Positions 52,447-64,000 of a stretch of DNA of 64,000 nt are shown here, piece after piece. A program made the position numbers and the translations under genes. A model generated the notes under the pieces. The model was not told the origin of the DNA. It ran no database searches and saw only the letters and a list, made by a program, of their open reading frames with translations. The stretch's first letter is position 1. Each line of letters begins with the position of its first letter. This DNA is from Hormiphora californensis (Eukaryota > Animalia > Ctenophora), in contig CM035360.1 of assembly GCA_020137815.1 (NCBI GenBank), forward strand, positions 2,480,001 through 2,544,000, read 5' to 3'.

Positions 52447-52725
52447 GGGACAATAACTCAGCAACTTTGACCAAACTAGTCACCATGGTTACAATGAGGG
52501 ACAATAACTCAGCACCCCTCCCAACCTGGTCACCATGGTTACAATAAGGGACAACAACTCAGCACACCTCCCAACCTGGTCACCATGGTTACAATGAGGG
52601 ACAATAACTCAGCGACCCTCCCAACCTGGTCACCATGGTTACAATGAGGGACAATAACTCAGCACCCCTCCCAACCTGGTCACCATGGTTACAATGAGGG
52701 ACAATAACTCAGCGACCCTCCCAAA
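52447..52725. repeat. 50-bp minisatellite x~5.5
   Basis: GGGACAATAACTCAGCACCCCTCCCAACCTGGTCACCATGGTTACAATGA repeated. Confidence 0.9.
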
Positions 52726-52749
52726 TCTTACATTGAAAAGTTAGAACTA

Positions 52750-53465
52750 GGGTAGAAAGGGGTAAAATGGCACACGGGGTAAAATGGCACATGTATGGGG
52801 TAAAATGGTCCTAGTTATTACATGTAGTCACGTGACTTTTTCTCCAGCGGAGACCTGCTCGTTCTGTTCCGAATTTTTGCTTTAAAACTGCTGTAATTTC
52901 TGTTTGAGTTGGCCGATTTTAATTTTGCAAAAACTGCCAGTTAGGGTTTTTATCCTTCTAAAACTTGGTATAAAAATTTTTCAAAAAACCCACTATTAAA
53001 TTGTCAAATTAGTCAAACTGGGGTAAAATGGTTCACCCTCGCTGGGGTAAAATGGTTCACCCTGGGACCAATGAAATCGAGCCTCCAATACCACGTGATA
53101 CCAACTGGGGTAAAATGGTCCAGCACACTGGGGTAAAATGGTCCAGCAGAACAGAAATTACTGAAGATAACATGGACCATTTTACCCCAGTGCTCTAACA
53201 ACACCAGGCACGTGATAAAAATCGAGCAATGCTATTGGCTGGACCATTTTACCCCAGTGCAAAATTTCCAAAAAAAGCCCTACCAAACTTTTTGAATTGA
53301 TTAATTAAGCTATTAAATAAAATTTTCAGATTTTAAAATTTAGCTCGTCTGAAAGGAAAACGTTTCATTGGATAGCCTATATAATTTTTTTTCTTCTTGC
53401 TGTATAAATTGAGTATTTTAGAACCTAAAACGTTAGAAAGTGTGCCATTTTACCCCTTTCTACCC
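52750..53465. mobile_element. TA-flanked MITE with GGGGTAAAATGG subterminal repeats
   Basis: TA|GGGTAGAAAGGGGTAAAATGGCACAC...GTGTGCCATTTTACCCCTTTCTACCC|TA. Confidence 0.85.
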
Positions 53466-54240
53466 TATACTGGAATAACTAAAGAAGTAACTACTATAAT
53501 AAGGGTGTCATTGTCAAATAGCAGCAGGCAAGTCATGAGATATCACAGCTCAAAAGCCCTAAACCCCCCGTGCCATATCACCCACGAGCCAGACAGATTG
53601 GGGGCAGTAACAGACACTAACCGGCTAGCAAGGGTTTCTTGAATCACACGCCGTACTGCACCACTCCAACGGGGCTCTCTCATTGGTCCGTTCCAGTCAC
53701 GCGACCAAAATCCTGGCTTCCTATTGGTCGACTCCCCTCATCCGCATACACACAAATAGCTCCTGTGGGGGAGAGGGGGGTTACAAGGAAGGGTAGTATG
53801 GTATATATATCTTGAGGATGTCAATTGCAGTAGTGGACGACCACCCGCTTCCCCCTCGCTCCAAACAGACACACTGCTAGACAGAGGGTAGCCAATGGGA
53901 GGGCAGAACGGGCATCACGTGACATGATTCAACCAATGAGAGCAATTGTTGTGGTCAGGTGGTGGAGCGCGAAACTAGACAATAATGTCCCCCGCTCCAG
54001 GAACCACTATTAACTTGGCCTAGTCTGCTGAGGGTATCACGTGATATATAACGACATCACGTGGAGGCGCTGTGATTGGTCCAATGGGTATCACGTGACA
54101 TTTCATCCTCCTTTTGGGGGCACCTCATTGGCCCATCCGAATTCTCCCGCCGTCCCTGGTCTAGGGAGAGAGAGGGAGAGAGAGCATGTCGACAAGCTTA
54201 ATATCAAGGGTTCTCATGGCACGTGGTTGTCTGGGAGACT

Positions 54241-54304
<64 letters not shown>

Positions 54305-54490
54305 ATGTGTGTTGTGGTCTCTTCCTCTTACTGTTTAAATTGTGTGCTGAAGGGGGTTCCACCATGCCAGACACGGGGAGAGACCACGGCGGGGGATGCC
54401 TTGCAGGAGACAGTTATACACTCTCCCCCATGAGATGGAGCTGGAGAACAGTGACTAGCTTCCTGCTCAATTGCCTGGGAGTGGGACAAG

Positions 54491-54576
<86 letters not shown>

Positions 54577-54879
54577 GTGTTAAAAAGTAAGTACTCTTCC
54601 AGTCAACATTCTACCGGAAGAGAGATTTATTCTAAAAGGGCTGTCATGTGATGAAGAAGAGAGGGAGGGAGCTGGGAGGGGCGAGGAAATAAAGGGAGGG
54701 AGGGGCGAGGGAACTAAAGAAGGAAGGTTTGGGGAGGAGAGAGTGTGATCAGATTAATGAAGAGAGGAGGGCACAAACTAAAACAAAGCATCTCACGGGA
54801 GAGAAAAAAGAAAGCTAAAACCACATGTTAAGAAAAAGAAACGTGACACGTCAGCAGATCGACGATCGTGATGTCATCA

Positions 54880-56885
54880 TCAAAGTGAGAGTTTTTGGAA
54901 GCTGACAATGGCCGCATCTATCGTTTCCACTTCCGCGTGGAGAGCTTGTAACTTTTCCTTATCCGATTTGATCACGTGATCTGGTGTTTTCTCGCTGTGC
55001 TTATCGATCTTTTCTTTGGCTGCGGAGGACTGCTCCATGGTGGCTGCACGTTTCTGTTGTAACCTGAAGGGGAGAAGGTGTTGGCGCATATCCTTCTACC
55101 CTGATGACTGATCCCGGGGGAGGGGGTTGGAAAATTGGCGATGGTCGGTATGCTCGCGTTTGTACCCAAAAAAGAACTGCAATATGATCGATGATCTCTC
55201 ACCTTGAAATTTCCTTCTCAGGATCAACAAGTCCCTTTACTAGAACGTGTACTTCACACCTGTTACCTACTGTACCAACAGCAGTACCTGGACGAGTGGG
55301 GGGATGAGGGTGGAAGAGTGGGACAAAAAGGGGCAAGGAATTTCTTCACAAAATCAATAATCAATACTATTACTCCGGGGTATGGATATAGTGGAGTAAT
55401 CCACATGAATTATCAATTATCATCCTTAGCAGCAAGCTATACTAATAGAAACTAGGTGGTAATGTACTGCCAGTGTGCTTACCAATGGGTATTTGAGGTG
55501 CATTAAGTGAGAGAGACGAACAACCAATCAGATCTTCCATGGCAGGAAGGAACTCTCCAATTGGTTCGCTACTTGTCAGGAATACTTCTGGTTTTGCTTT
55601 TGACTCTAGATAAGTGTCTTTTGTCGATCTGTTAGGAGGAGGAGGGGGTTAGATGTGTGTCGTGGGGAAATGGGAGGGATCAGGGAGAGGATCTTATTGA
55701 CATGTCATTATTTAATTAGTTAATCATTTATTATTTAATATTTAATTTTACGTGTTATTATCAGTCTCTTCAATTCTTATACAGGATAGGTTATAAATTT
55801 GTCGAAAACAGGTGGTAAGATGTGTCAGGAACCCGCCAGCAACTAGGACATTTGACAGTCAGAGTTGCTATGGCAACGAGTTACAGCGTCAAATTGACGT
55901 TATTGCATATATGATGGCCCCATCGCTTCTTAGTTACAGTATTATTTGTTATCGCTAGCCCCAGTATTCCTCGATTTAGTAATGGGAAGTAGCTGATAGG
56001 AACCATTACTTTTTTTGGCGGAATGGGGGTATTACTGTCATGCCAATGCTCTGACCGCGGTTCTAGGTCAGGCCTTAATGCTCTGACAGTTCCAAGATCT
56101 ACAAAAGCTGTCAGAGATATTTCTAAGAATGTTGATGTCAAGTTATACCGCCAAGTGATAAACGAACTCACCATACCAAGCATGTTTGATAAGCTTGGAT
56201 TCTTAGTATTTTAATGCCAAACATTTTTAAATATATTCAGATTAGGTGTCTAATAAGGTCATCAACAAACTTGGGAGAATGACAAACACACATATGTATA
56301 CGTGACAAAACATGATTATCGACGAGAGAGAAACGTTGGTTACGAAGTCACCCCTATTATTGATTGATACAGCTTGCGCTGAGGGGTTGTTGTTGTTGTT
56401 GAGGGGTGATTTCGCATTACCAAGGAGGAACAGGGACCTTCCGGGCTGTATTATTAGGGGGTCACTGACCCCGGGTCAGGGGGTTCTGAGGGACTTACCG
56501 GGCTGTATGTACAATGTTTTTGACAAGTTCCATGGTAGCATCCAACTGTTCATCTCTCCAAATCCCACTGCACTCGGGGTATGAGGCTACAACCAGTGAT
56601 GGGGCCTTCTCTTCTCCTAGTCTGGGGAGTCGCTGCCACAGCTCCTCTGCAGAGAGAAAGGGGGGGGGGGGTCAGCAAAAGGGAGTTAAGTATGCGAGCA
56701 GTGCCTAGAGGCCCAAGTTTCAGCGAAAGTTTGATTACATTCTCGATAAATTGGTAACAATGTTAGAGAAGCCTAAATTACATATCGAGAATGATCCAAT
56801 GCTATGATTACGCCCCGCCCCAACGAAGGGAAGCTCTCTCTGGTCCCCAGAGTTACTAACTGATTGGAAAACTGCCATAATTTTG

Positions 56886-56917
<32 letters not shown>

Positions 56918-59900
56918 CCGCGCTTATATACCGCCCATACCCGACGGAAACATGTCAAAATATTGGCGATGCTCCGCCTGGTCATCAGAGCGGTATATCC
57001 TCGAGTAAATATATGACACACACAAACACTCTGGTTGAAAAAGACAATATATAGGAGCCGATATAACTGGACTTATAAAACTGGTGGAATAACTGGTCCC
57101 GTAAACCTGTAGATATAAATTTAAAACACGCTATACTCACACCTGCTAGGGAAAAAAGTTTAAACTAGGTAGTGATTTAATAGCATGTCTAGAGAGAGGA
57201 TGACACCAATTGCCCGCAGGCTCCACAACTACAACAAACATTACAACTCAGCCGCGGGTTCCCCATCACCCACTCCAAATGCACCAACGAAGAGATGTGT
57301 CTTCAGACGGGCCTTGAATGTATCCACATTGGGGATTGACCTGAGCTCAAGAGGTAACTCATTCCAAATAGTAGGCAGGAACACTGATAGTCTCCTACGT
57401 CTCAACTTAGAGTTGGCATTGATGCTTGTCATCTTGGGGTGTTTTAATCTGTACGGATCAGTAACACTAGTCATCCTTGTTGTCCTGGAGAGACCCCAGC
57501 TGTCATCAAGTGGCACCATTTCCTGGAGGTAACGGGGTGCTGTTCCATAGACTATCTTGTAGGCGATCAGACAGGCTTTGAAGTCCAGTCTGTAGGAGAT
57601 GGGCAAGATATGGCACTGCCTGAAGTATTCCAAATACTGTAAAACTACTAATTTTCGTGAGATTTTTATTTTCGCTCTTTATTTTTGGCTGGAAAATCCG
57701 CGAAAATTAATTCCGCGAAAATATTTTGGACGATTTTTTACAGAAAGCTCGTGCAATGAGAAAATGCTCACATTTCATTGGTCTATGCCAAGCAGGTCTG
57801 GTGTCTCATGGCAATGATGACTGCACTCTTGGCGTAATTACATGGGTGCTTGTAGTGAGAATACGGTATCAGTTCAACACGGTATCAGTGAAAAACGGTA
57901 AATTGAGACCAATCAGAGCGCCAGGTTGACAACACGTGACACCGAAATATATTTATTTCAAATACATATGTATTTCAGAAACCGTAATGGTCAAAAACCG
58001 TATTATTCAGACACCATATTCCCACTACAAGCAGCACTGTTAGACAATAGACTAGGACCGTGAAATGGGGGTAGCAGTGGGATAAGCGAAAATTAAAATC
58101 GCGAAAATAGTCAATTTTGATCGAATCGCGAAAATTAATGGCCTCGAAAATATCTAGTTTTACAGTAGCTTTCCTGGTGTCCATGGATGTTGTATATAAA
58201 GCGCACACAGGCGTTAAGAAGTTTCTGGAGCCCACTGAGAACTCGACCTGGAAGTCCACAGTACAGTATGTTACTGTAATCAATTCTTGATATGATCAAT
58301 TGTTTGACCAACATTATCTTTGTTGAAATATCAAAACACCTGTGCAACTGCCAGAGATTCCGTAATGCCAATCCACACTGTTTCCTCACATTGTTAACCT
58401 GTCGTTCAAGATTGAGATTGTGATCCAGGAGGATTCCAAGGGTTTTCCCGGTTGTTCCACTACATTCACTAGGGGAGATTTCTGTTCCTCCAAAGTTAAT
58501 GACTGGATCGAAAGTGACCTTGCCTAAGGAACTGCGCTTTCCAAGAAGGGTACTTATCTTGTCCAGTATACCTGGTCCAGTAGTTGACGAGGCACATGTT
58601 GACATGTGTGGACTGTGGCATGGTACTCAGGGTAGCAACGTGAGGCCACACGCGGGGGGAGTTTAATGTTTGGGAGTAGTAGGGTACAGGGTCAGTAAAA
58701 TATGAGCCGGTTTTTATTAACTTATTATCAGGGTCAGTAATATAACTTATTATCGGTCCTTTCCCATGCTGATACTGGCATCACACAGCACCGGTTACGA
58801 CCTAGCGGCTAGCTGGACCCCTCTCTCCTTTTATTCTCTCATTTTCTCTCAACAAGGTAGCCCCCTCACGTGATCAATACCACGTGTTTCCTGGCCCAAA
58901 ACCTACTTTCCAGTCTAGATAAGACACATTTCACCCTATCCCCCCAACCCCCCAAGTTGGAGAAAGGGTTCCAACCCAGTAGCCTCCATTACAATTTTCC
59001 ATGAGCCATCTCGGGGCGCGGTGAGATGGGGTCTGGTCTGCATCAATGATGAGGAGAGAGGCTCGAGTAGCACAAGAGCCAAGAGGTTATGGAATTAATC
59101 CCAGGTACTTACCGGGGGGGGGGGGGGGTTGGGGAGAGGGCACTTACCGCTAATGTAGGGCATGAAGGGATGGATGAGACGAAGTCCCACATCTAGACAT
59201 GTGTACAACGTATGTCGTGCAGCAACCTGCTCTGCTTCTGTTCCCTGCAAGATGAGATTGTTGGTATAATTGGGTTTGAAATCCGGTTAAAATTTGGTAT
59301 ATCATGAATAATTGGGTTCAATATAACAGTGAATACTATATTGTGAACCAGTCAATATACCGTGCTTCCAATCTACCCTCTCAACCACGTTTTACAGAGG
59401 TTAAATAACTGTTATACATGTCCTAAAATATATTTTCTGAGCAGTGAGATGAGCTAAAGAGCTGTGAGCTGTAATTGCCATGGCAATTAACTGAACTCAG
59501 CTGTGAGCTGTTGCCATGGCAATTAACTGAACTAACGAGGTTAGGATGCAGTAATGGGGTTTTCCCCACACACTCTCTCACGCGACAGAGTTACCATTTA
59601 ATTACGTACTAGTGCCCTCTTACTGAGGCTGGGAACAACAACAGCTGGTCTGTATGGCAATCATCTAGTGTAAATCGTTTTTGAGATGACTAGGGTAGCC
59701 ACTGGCTATTTGAAATTGTTTTTGAGATGACTACCATTAGTTACTAGTGACTAATGATCGTGCACTATATACTAACACTATATGATTGTGGCATAGGGTG
59801 GCTCCCTTTCTCCTTACCTTATAAAATACTCGCTTGCTAGCCTCTAAGTACACATCACACAACTCATAGAGCCAGAAGTTGTAGATGGCCGTGGTTGCCG

Positions 59901-62900
59901 CGTTAAACTGGTACTCCGTGAACCCTGTCCTTGTCTCTGTGATGGCCACAGATGCCCTGTGTAGGATCCATTTATCTGCGTAGAAGGGGGAGGGGTGTGT
60001 TAGTGGGGTGTGTTAGTGGGGTGTGTTAGTGGGGTGTGTTAGTGGGGTGTGTTAGTGGGGTGTGTTAGTGGGGTGTGTTAGTGGGGTGTGTTAGTGGCGT
60101 AGCTGGGAAGAAGGGGGTGGGGTGTGTTAGTGGGGTGTGTTAGTGGGGTGTGTTAGTGGGGTGTGTTAGTGGGGTGTGTTAGTGGGGTAGCTGGGAAGAA
60201 GGGGGTGGGGTGTGTTAGTGGGGTGTGTTAGTGGGGTAGCTGGGAAGAAGGGGGAGGGGTGTGTTAGTGGGGTGTGTTAGTGGGAAGAAGGGGGTGGGGT
60301 GTGTTAGTGGGGTGTGTTAGTGGGGTGTTAGAGGGGTAGCTGGGAAGAAGGGGGTGGGGTGTGTTAGTGGGGTGTGTTAGTGGGGTGTTAGAGGGGTGTT
60401 AGAGGGGTAGCGGCATAGCTTGTTAGGGAGGTGTCAGTGGGGTATAGCTTGGAACTTGGAGGGGCGGGGGTTATCAGGCGAGAAGTTGCGTCGGTAATTG
60501 CACAGCCAGCGGCACGTTTCAGACTTGATCTGAAATCCGTTATTTTTATATTATGATACTTGCAGCTGTTCACCGTTCCGTTCTTTCAGGACCGATCGCA
60601 AATCTAGGGCTCTATCTCTATCTTAGTACTATCTATCTCTTTCGCATTATATCTTTTCTCTCTGCGTGAGGGTAAGAGGGACACCGTTCCCAAGCTGATT
60701 ATCCGTGGTTACACAATGACTACACCCCTGGTAAGGGGTTACTCAACAATGAACAATACACTCCATCGCTAAGGAGAGCAAGAGATCATCCTCGTTGTCT
60801 CTCTTTATCTCTCTCCAGCCTCTTATCACGAGAGAGTAGTGAAGAGGCTTGCGTAGAGAATAGAGAATCTCACCACCATTCACTATAGTAAGAGAAATAA
60901 CATAGTTTTGAGATTCTTGAAGATAGATGGGAAAGTAGAGAGCAAAATATAAACCGTGAAAAGAATCAAACATTTCTAAACCCTTCCTGTTGGTGATGTT
61001 CCAGTTCAATTTCAACTCCTTCGATATTTAATGTGGTCCTTCTCTGTCTCTAGAAAGTTATTTTGATATCTCCTTCTGGTGCTGATACACACTCCCGCCA
61101 GTGGGTATAAATCTAGCCAGTGGGTAATCCCCACATTGGAAAATCCAATAGGGAATAGACTTTAAGTGCTCCGATTATCTCGCTATTCTCTTCGATGTGT
61201 GTGAGTGAGAGACATGGCGAGATAATCGGAGTACTTAAAGCAACGTGCCAAACACGTCGCACATGGATAGTCACGAAGTGGTTAAGCGATGCGTTATGCG
61301 AGTGATCAACTTTATTCTGAGCGATCGTTGTGTGTATCAAAAGTGATGTGAATTCGGTTTATTTTATTTAGTACCTATCCAAGTTGTATGTGTTGACAGC
61401 AGTTGGTGCAATGGTTAGAGGGGCCATGATACTACAATGGATCCTGATCCTACTGCCGATAATGACCCTCCAACAAGGTAAGAGTCAAATGAAGGGAACA
61501 GCAAGCAGCTGTCACTATATGGCAATATGTGATCGTTTTGGGTTTAATAATATCGACCATTTTAAATGATATATATTTCAGACTGGATAGATCGGACCGA
61601 TCAGGAAAGGTTTCCCCTTAACCTTGCAAACGGAGACCTGCTACAAATAACCAGACAAAACATGAGTCGTATTGCCCTTCGTCTCACTTCAAAGCAACAA
61701 CAGGAACTATTTCTACGCTTCAAGATCGAGTTCGAAGAATCTAAGATGAAACTCGATGCGTTAATCCGAAGCGTTGGAAATCAAGATTCCCAAGTTAGCG
61801 AAACCGATTGGGACGGAAGTGAGATCCTGACCTGGGACATTTACATGTCGAAAGATGCAGGTGGTAATCCGTCCCAGTTTGTCGTGAAGCCTAGCTCATC
61901 GGACATCCCAATGGGTATATTGGACTTGCCCACGAATTGGACAGATTATATAATGACGTATGATCAGGCATTCTTCGGCAGTCAGGATACTGGAACAACC
62001 AAATATCGGATTACCATAGGTGTGTATGATCGCAAGCTTCCCCTCGTCCGATCCGAAGTTGGGGTTTTGAGTAGCGATGAACTACCCAAAATGATATAAA
62101 AGGCCTACTTATTTTGCAAATTCCCTGGTTGCTATGGTAACCAACAACAACGGTCAATATATGTTTGTTAAAGTTTTGGGCTACATAATTGTAACAGCTC
62201 TCAACCATGCAGCCAATCAATTGTATCTGGGCAGTGTAGTTTCAACATTTCGCTCTCTCAGGTTGTGCCGACCTGCAGGAAAACTCTTTATACCATCTGA
62301 AAATGACGCGAACCAATGACACGGTCTACTCTGTAACTTGTCGGAATGCTACCTTGAAGCCATCCCACACAGAGATCAAGTGCAGCGATGGAACCTGGTC
62401 TCCTCTACCATCTGATATAACATGTGAAGGTAAGATATCAATATCAAGTCAAGGAAGATTCGAAAATTTCTCAGCTATTTCTGTCCCGCACGGGGTGCCT
62501 CCCTTACTTGCGCACGCAAAAGAGGGAATATCAAGTGCCACAACTAGCTTGTTCCATAACAATCAATCACCATTTTCAATCCCAAACCACTATATCCATT
62601 CCCATCTTCTGCTGATGTTATTCCAACCTATCCTGCACTAATCAACTATCAAGTGTCCTAACAATAAATCACTATTTCCAATATTTATCACCCAAACATC
62701 TCTTTACAGCTGACGTTGTTCCAACCTGCCCTCCACCGGCCAACTACACTGACTACTACTTCACCCCTCTCAACTCAACTGCATACTTGGTCACGTGCAA
62801 CAAGAGGAAACAAGTCCCCCTACCTGGCCCTGTGATCTCATGTGATACAACTGGTGGAGTTTGGAGTCCGCTACCACGTGATATTACATGTGGTGATGTA

Positions 62901-63253
62901 GGTAAGTTATAGTGGTGTGGGGGTAAGTACTGTTAACTGTGTAGTTACTAAATAATTACTAAATAATTACTAATTAGTTGTTGTTGTGGGTCAAACAAAA
63001 CAGTTGGGGACTGATTTTGTTTGACACCAAATCACACCAAACAAACAGTCAGACAGACAAACCAACAGACAGACAAACACTAACCTACGACGGAGAACTG
63101 AATTCCCTCAGGCCGTTCCCCAATTAAACTCCTCTTGAGAGGCGTGTACTGATCCCCAAGCTGCATTTTAGCGAACTTTGTAGCATTCCACAACTTGTTA
63201 CAGAACTTCCTATACCCTTCTATCCTCAACACATCCAGGTTCATGTCTCGGGC
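54880..63253 (-). CDS. VARS: Valyl-tRNA synthetase, C-terminal part (anticodon-binding and coiled-coil arm); 5' exons lie beyond the window
   Basis: Exons 63085-63253, 59818-59975, 59148-59244, 56499-56646, 55483-55628, 55203-55287, 54880-55063 in frame: [78 protein letters not shown]. Confidence 0.95.
56888..58560 (-). mobile_element. 5'-truncated non-LTR retrotransposon (L2/CR1 group) ORF2 C-terminus, 3' UTR and (ATT)n tail, in a VARS intron
   Basis: [10 protein letters not shown]...[14 protein letters not shown]...[12 protein letters not shown]...[12 protein letters not shown]...PRYL...WNELPLELR...[10 protein letters not shown]; trinucleotide tail at ~56888-56915. Confidence 0.85.
57637..58165. 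mobile_element. TA-flanked MITE interrupting the LINE ORF
   Basis: TA|CTGTAAAACTA...TAGTTTTACAG|TA; excision restores the frame ...HQESYLEYF. Confidence 0.85.
59985..60410. repeat. G-rich 13-bp minisatellite (GGGGTGTGTTAGT)n next to a VARS acceptor
   Basis: Direct tandem copies interspersed with AGCTGGGAAGAAGGGGG variants. Confidence 0.9.
61411..62901 (+). CDS. Secreted protein with two Sushi/CCP-like modules, antisense inside a VARS intron; 3' end unresolved
   Basis: Exons 61411-61477, 61582-62019, 62262-62429, 62710-62897/62901; signal [17 protein letters not shown]; phase-1 modules [21 protein letters not shown] and [23 protein letters not shown]. Confidence 0.75.
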
Positions 63254-63593
63254 CTGACGGGGGGGGGGGGGGGGGGGTGAGGGATAGAGAGAGATAATGG
63301 CGACCATTTACGACCCATGGGCCTAGCGGTGGTTCATATATTTCCAGTTAGGGGGAGGAGGGGCAGATAAGAGGCTGGATGGGGAGAAAGGGACCTCTGA
63401 AATTAGTGAAGATAAGGGATCTATAGATAATTGATTTAGGAAGGTAATGGGGCAAAACCCCGACCCTTTCGTGGAATTTGGTTTTGGAATTATGGGTTAA
63501 TTTGGTTTCCAATGAAGCGTCTTCTGATTTTATTGTGTATTTAGCACAGAGAGGAAAGATAATCTCTTTAAAGGTTGACAAGATACCTAAAAC

Positions 63594-64000
63594 TTTTCGT
63601 ATATCGTCTTATTTTGATTTATCATTAATTTTCAGTATTTTTTCAGAATTTTTTGTCGGCTAGAATTATGTGCAAAATAGGGGGTCTACTGACAAATGAG
63701 TGTGCCTTTTTTAAAATTGATACCGTAATATCTCCGGTTCCTGATGAGATACAGAAACCGTTTTGGTAGCGTTGGAAAGGTCTTATTGAGACCAATCCAA
63801 CGCAACCAAGATCAAGTCTTTATCTTTTGAGGAACCGGAAACGTGAATTTCAATTTGCGAGACGCAGTGAGTGTGCCCAGTAAAACCAGTGCTGACAATA
63901 TCGGTAGACCCCCTATTTCGAATTTTTTTCTAGCCGACAAAAAATTCTGAAAAAATGCTGAAAATTAATGATAAATCAAAATAAGACGATATACGAAAAG
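63594..64000. mobile_element. Palindromic element truncated by the window end (centre ~63797)
   Basis: 63594-63663 is the reverse complement of 63930-64000; the CCGGTTCCTGATGAGA core resembles 34610-34710. Confidence 0.7.

Noticed and set aside
54332-54474. Exon-like minus-strand segment with good splice sites (also ORF 60743-61015)
   Set aside because: No partner exons or recognisable product; left unannotated.

Overview
Intron-rich eukaryotic (animal) genomic DNA. A cydippid ctenophore origin is my inference from the GPCR type, repeat families and outron-like acceptors; it is not proven. By hand-splicing GT-AG exons I reconstruct about 12 genes: a tandem pair of uncharacterised Cys/His-motif, C-terminally membrane-anchored paralogs; a CCDC73-like coiled-coil gene; a secreted, probably GPI-anchored YHYH-domain gene; a frameshifted intronless rhodopsin-like GPCR; a compact ETO/MTG8/nervy (TAFH+MYND) gene; a head-to-head pair of signal-peptide, two-domain glutaredoxins sharing one almost identical exon; a 4-finger C2H2 gene; the 3' part of valyl-tRNA synthetase with an antisense Sushi-like gene inside or interleaved; and a partial unknown gene at the left edge. 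Introns and intergenic DNA carry many palindromic non-autonomous DNA transposons (including a four-level nest and one carrying a 63-bp satellite), an L2-type LINE fragment, minisatellites and (GA)n tracts. Window-wide patterns: a splice acceptor just before nearly every ATG (SL trans-splicing-like), and short duplicated 'echoes' of splice junctions. Several homopolymer-inflated stretches look like assembly noise. All exon models are manual and lack transcript support.
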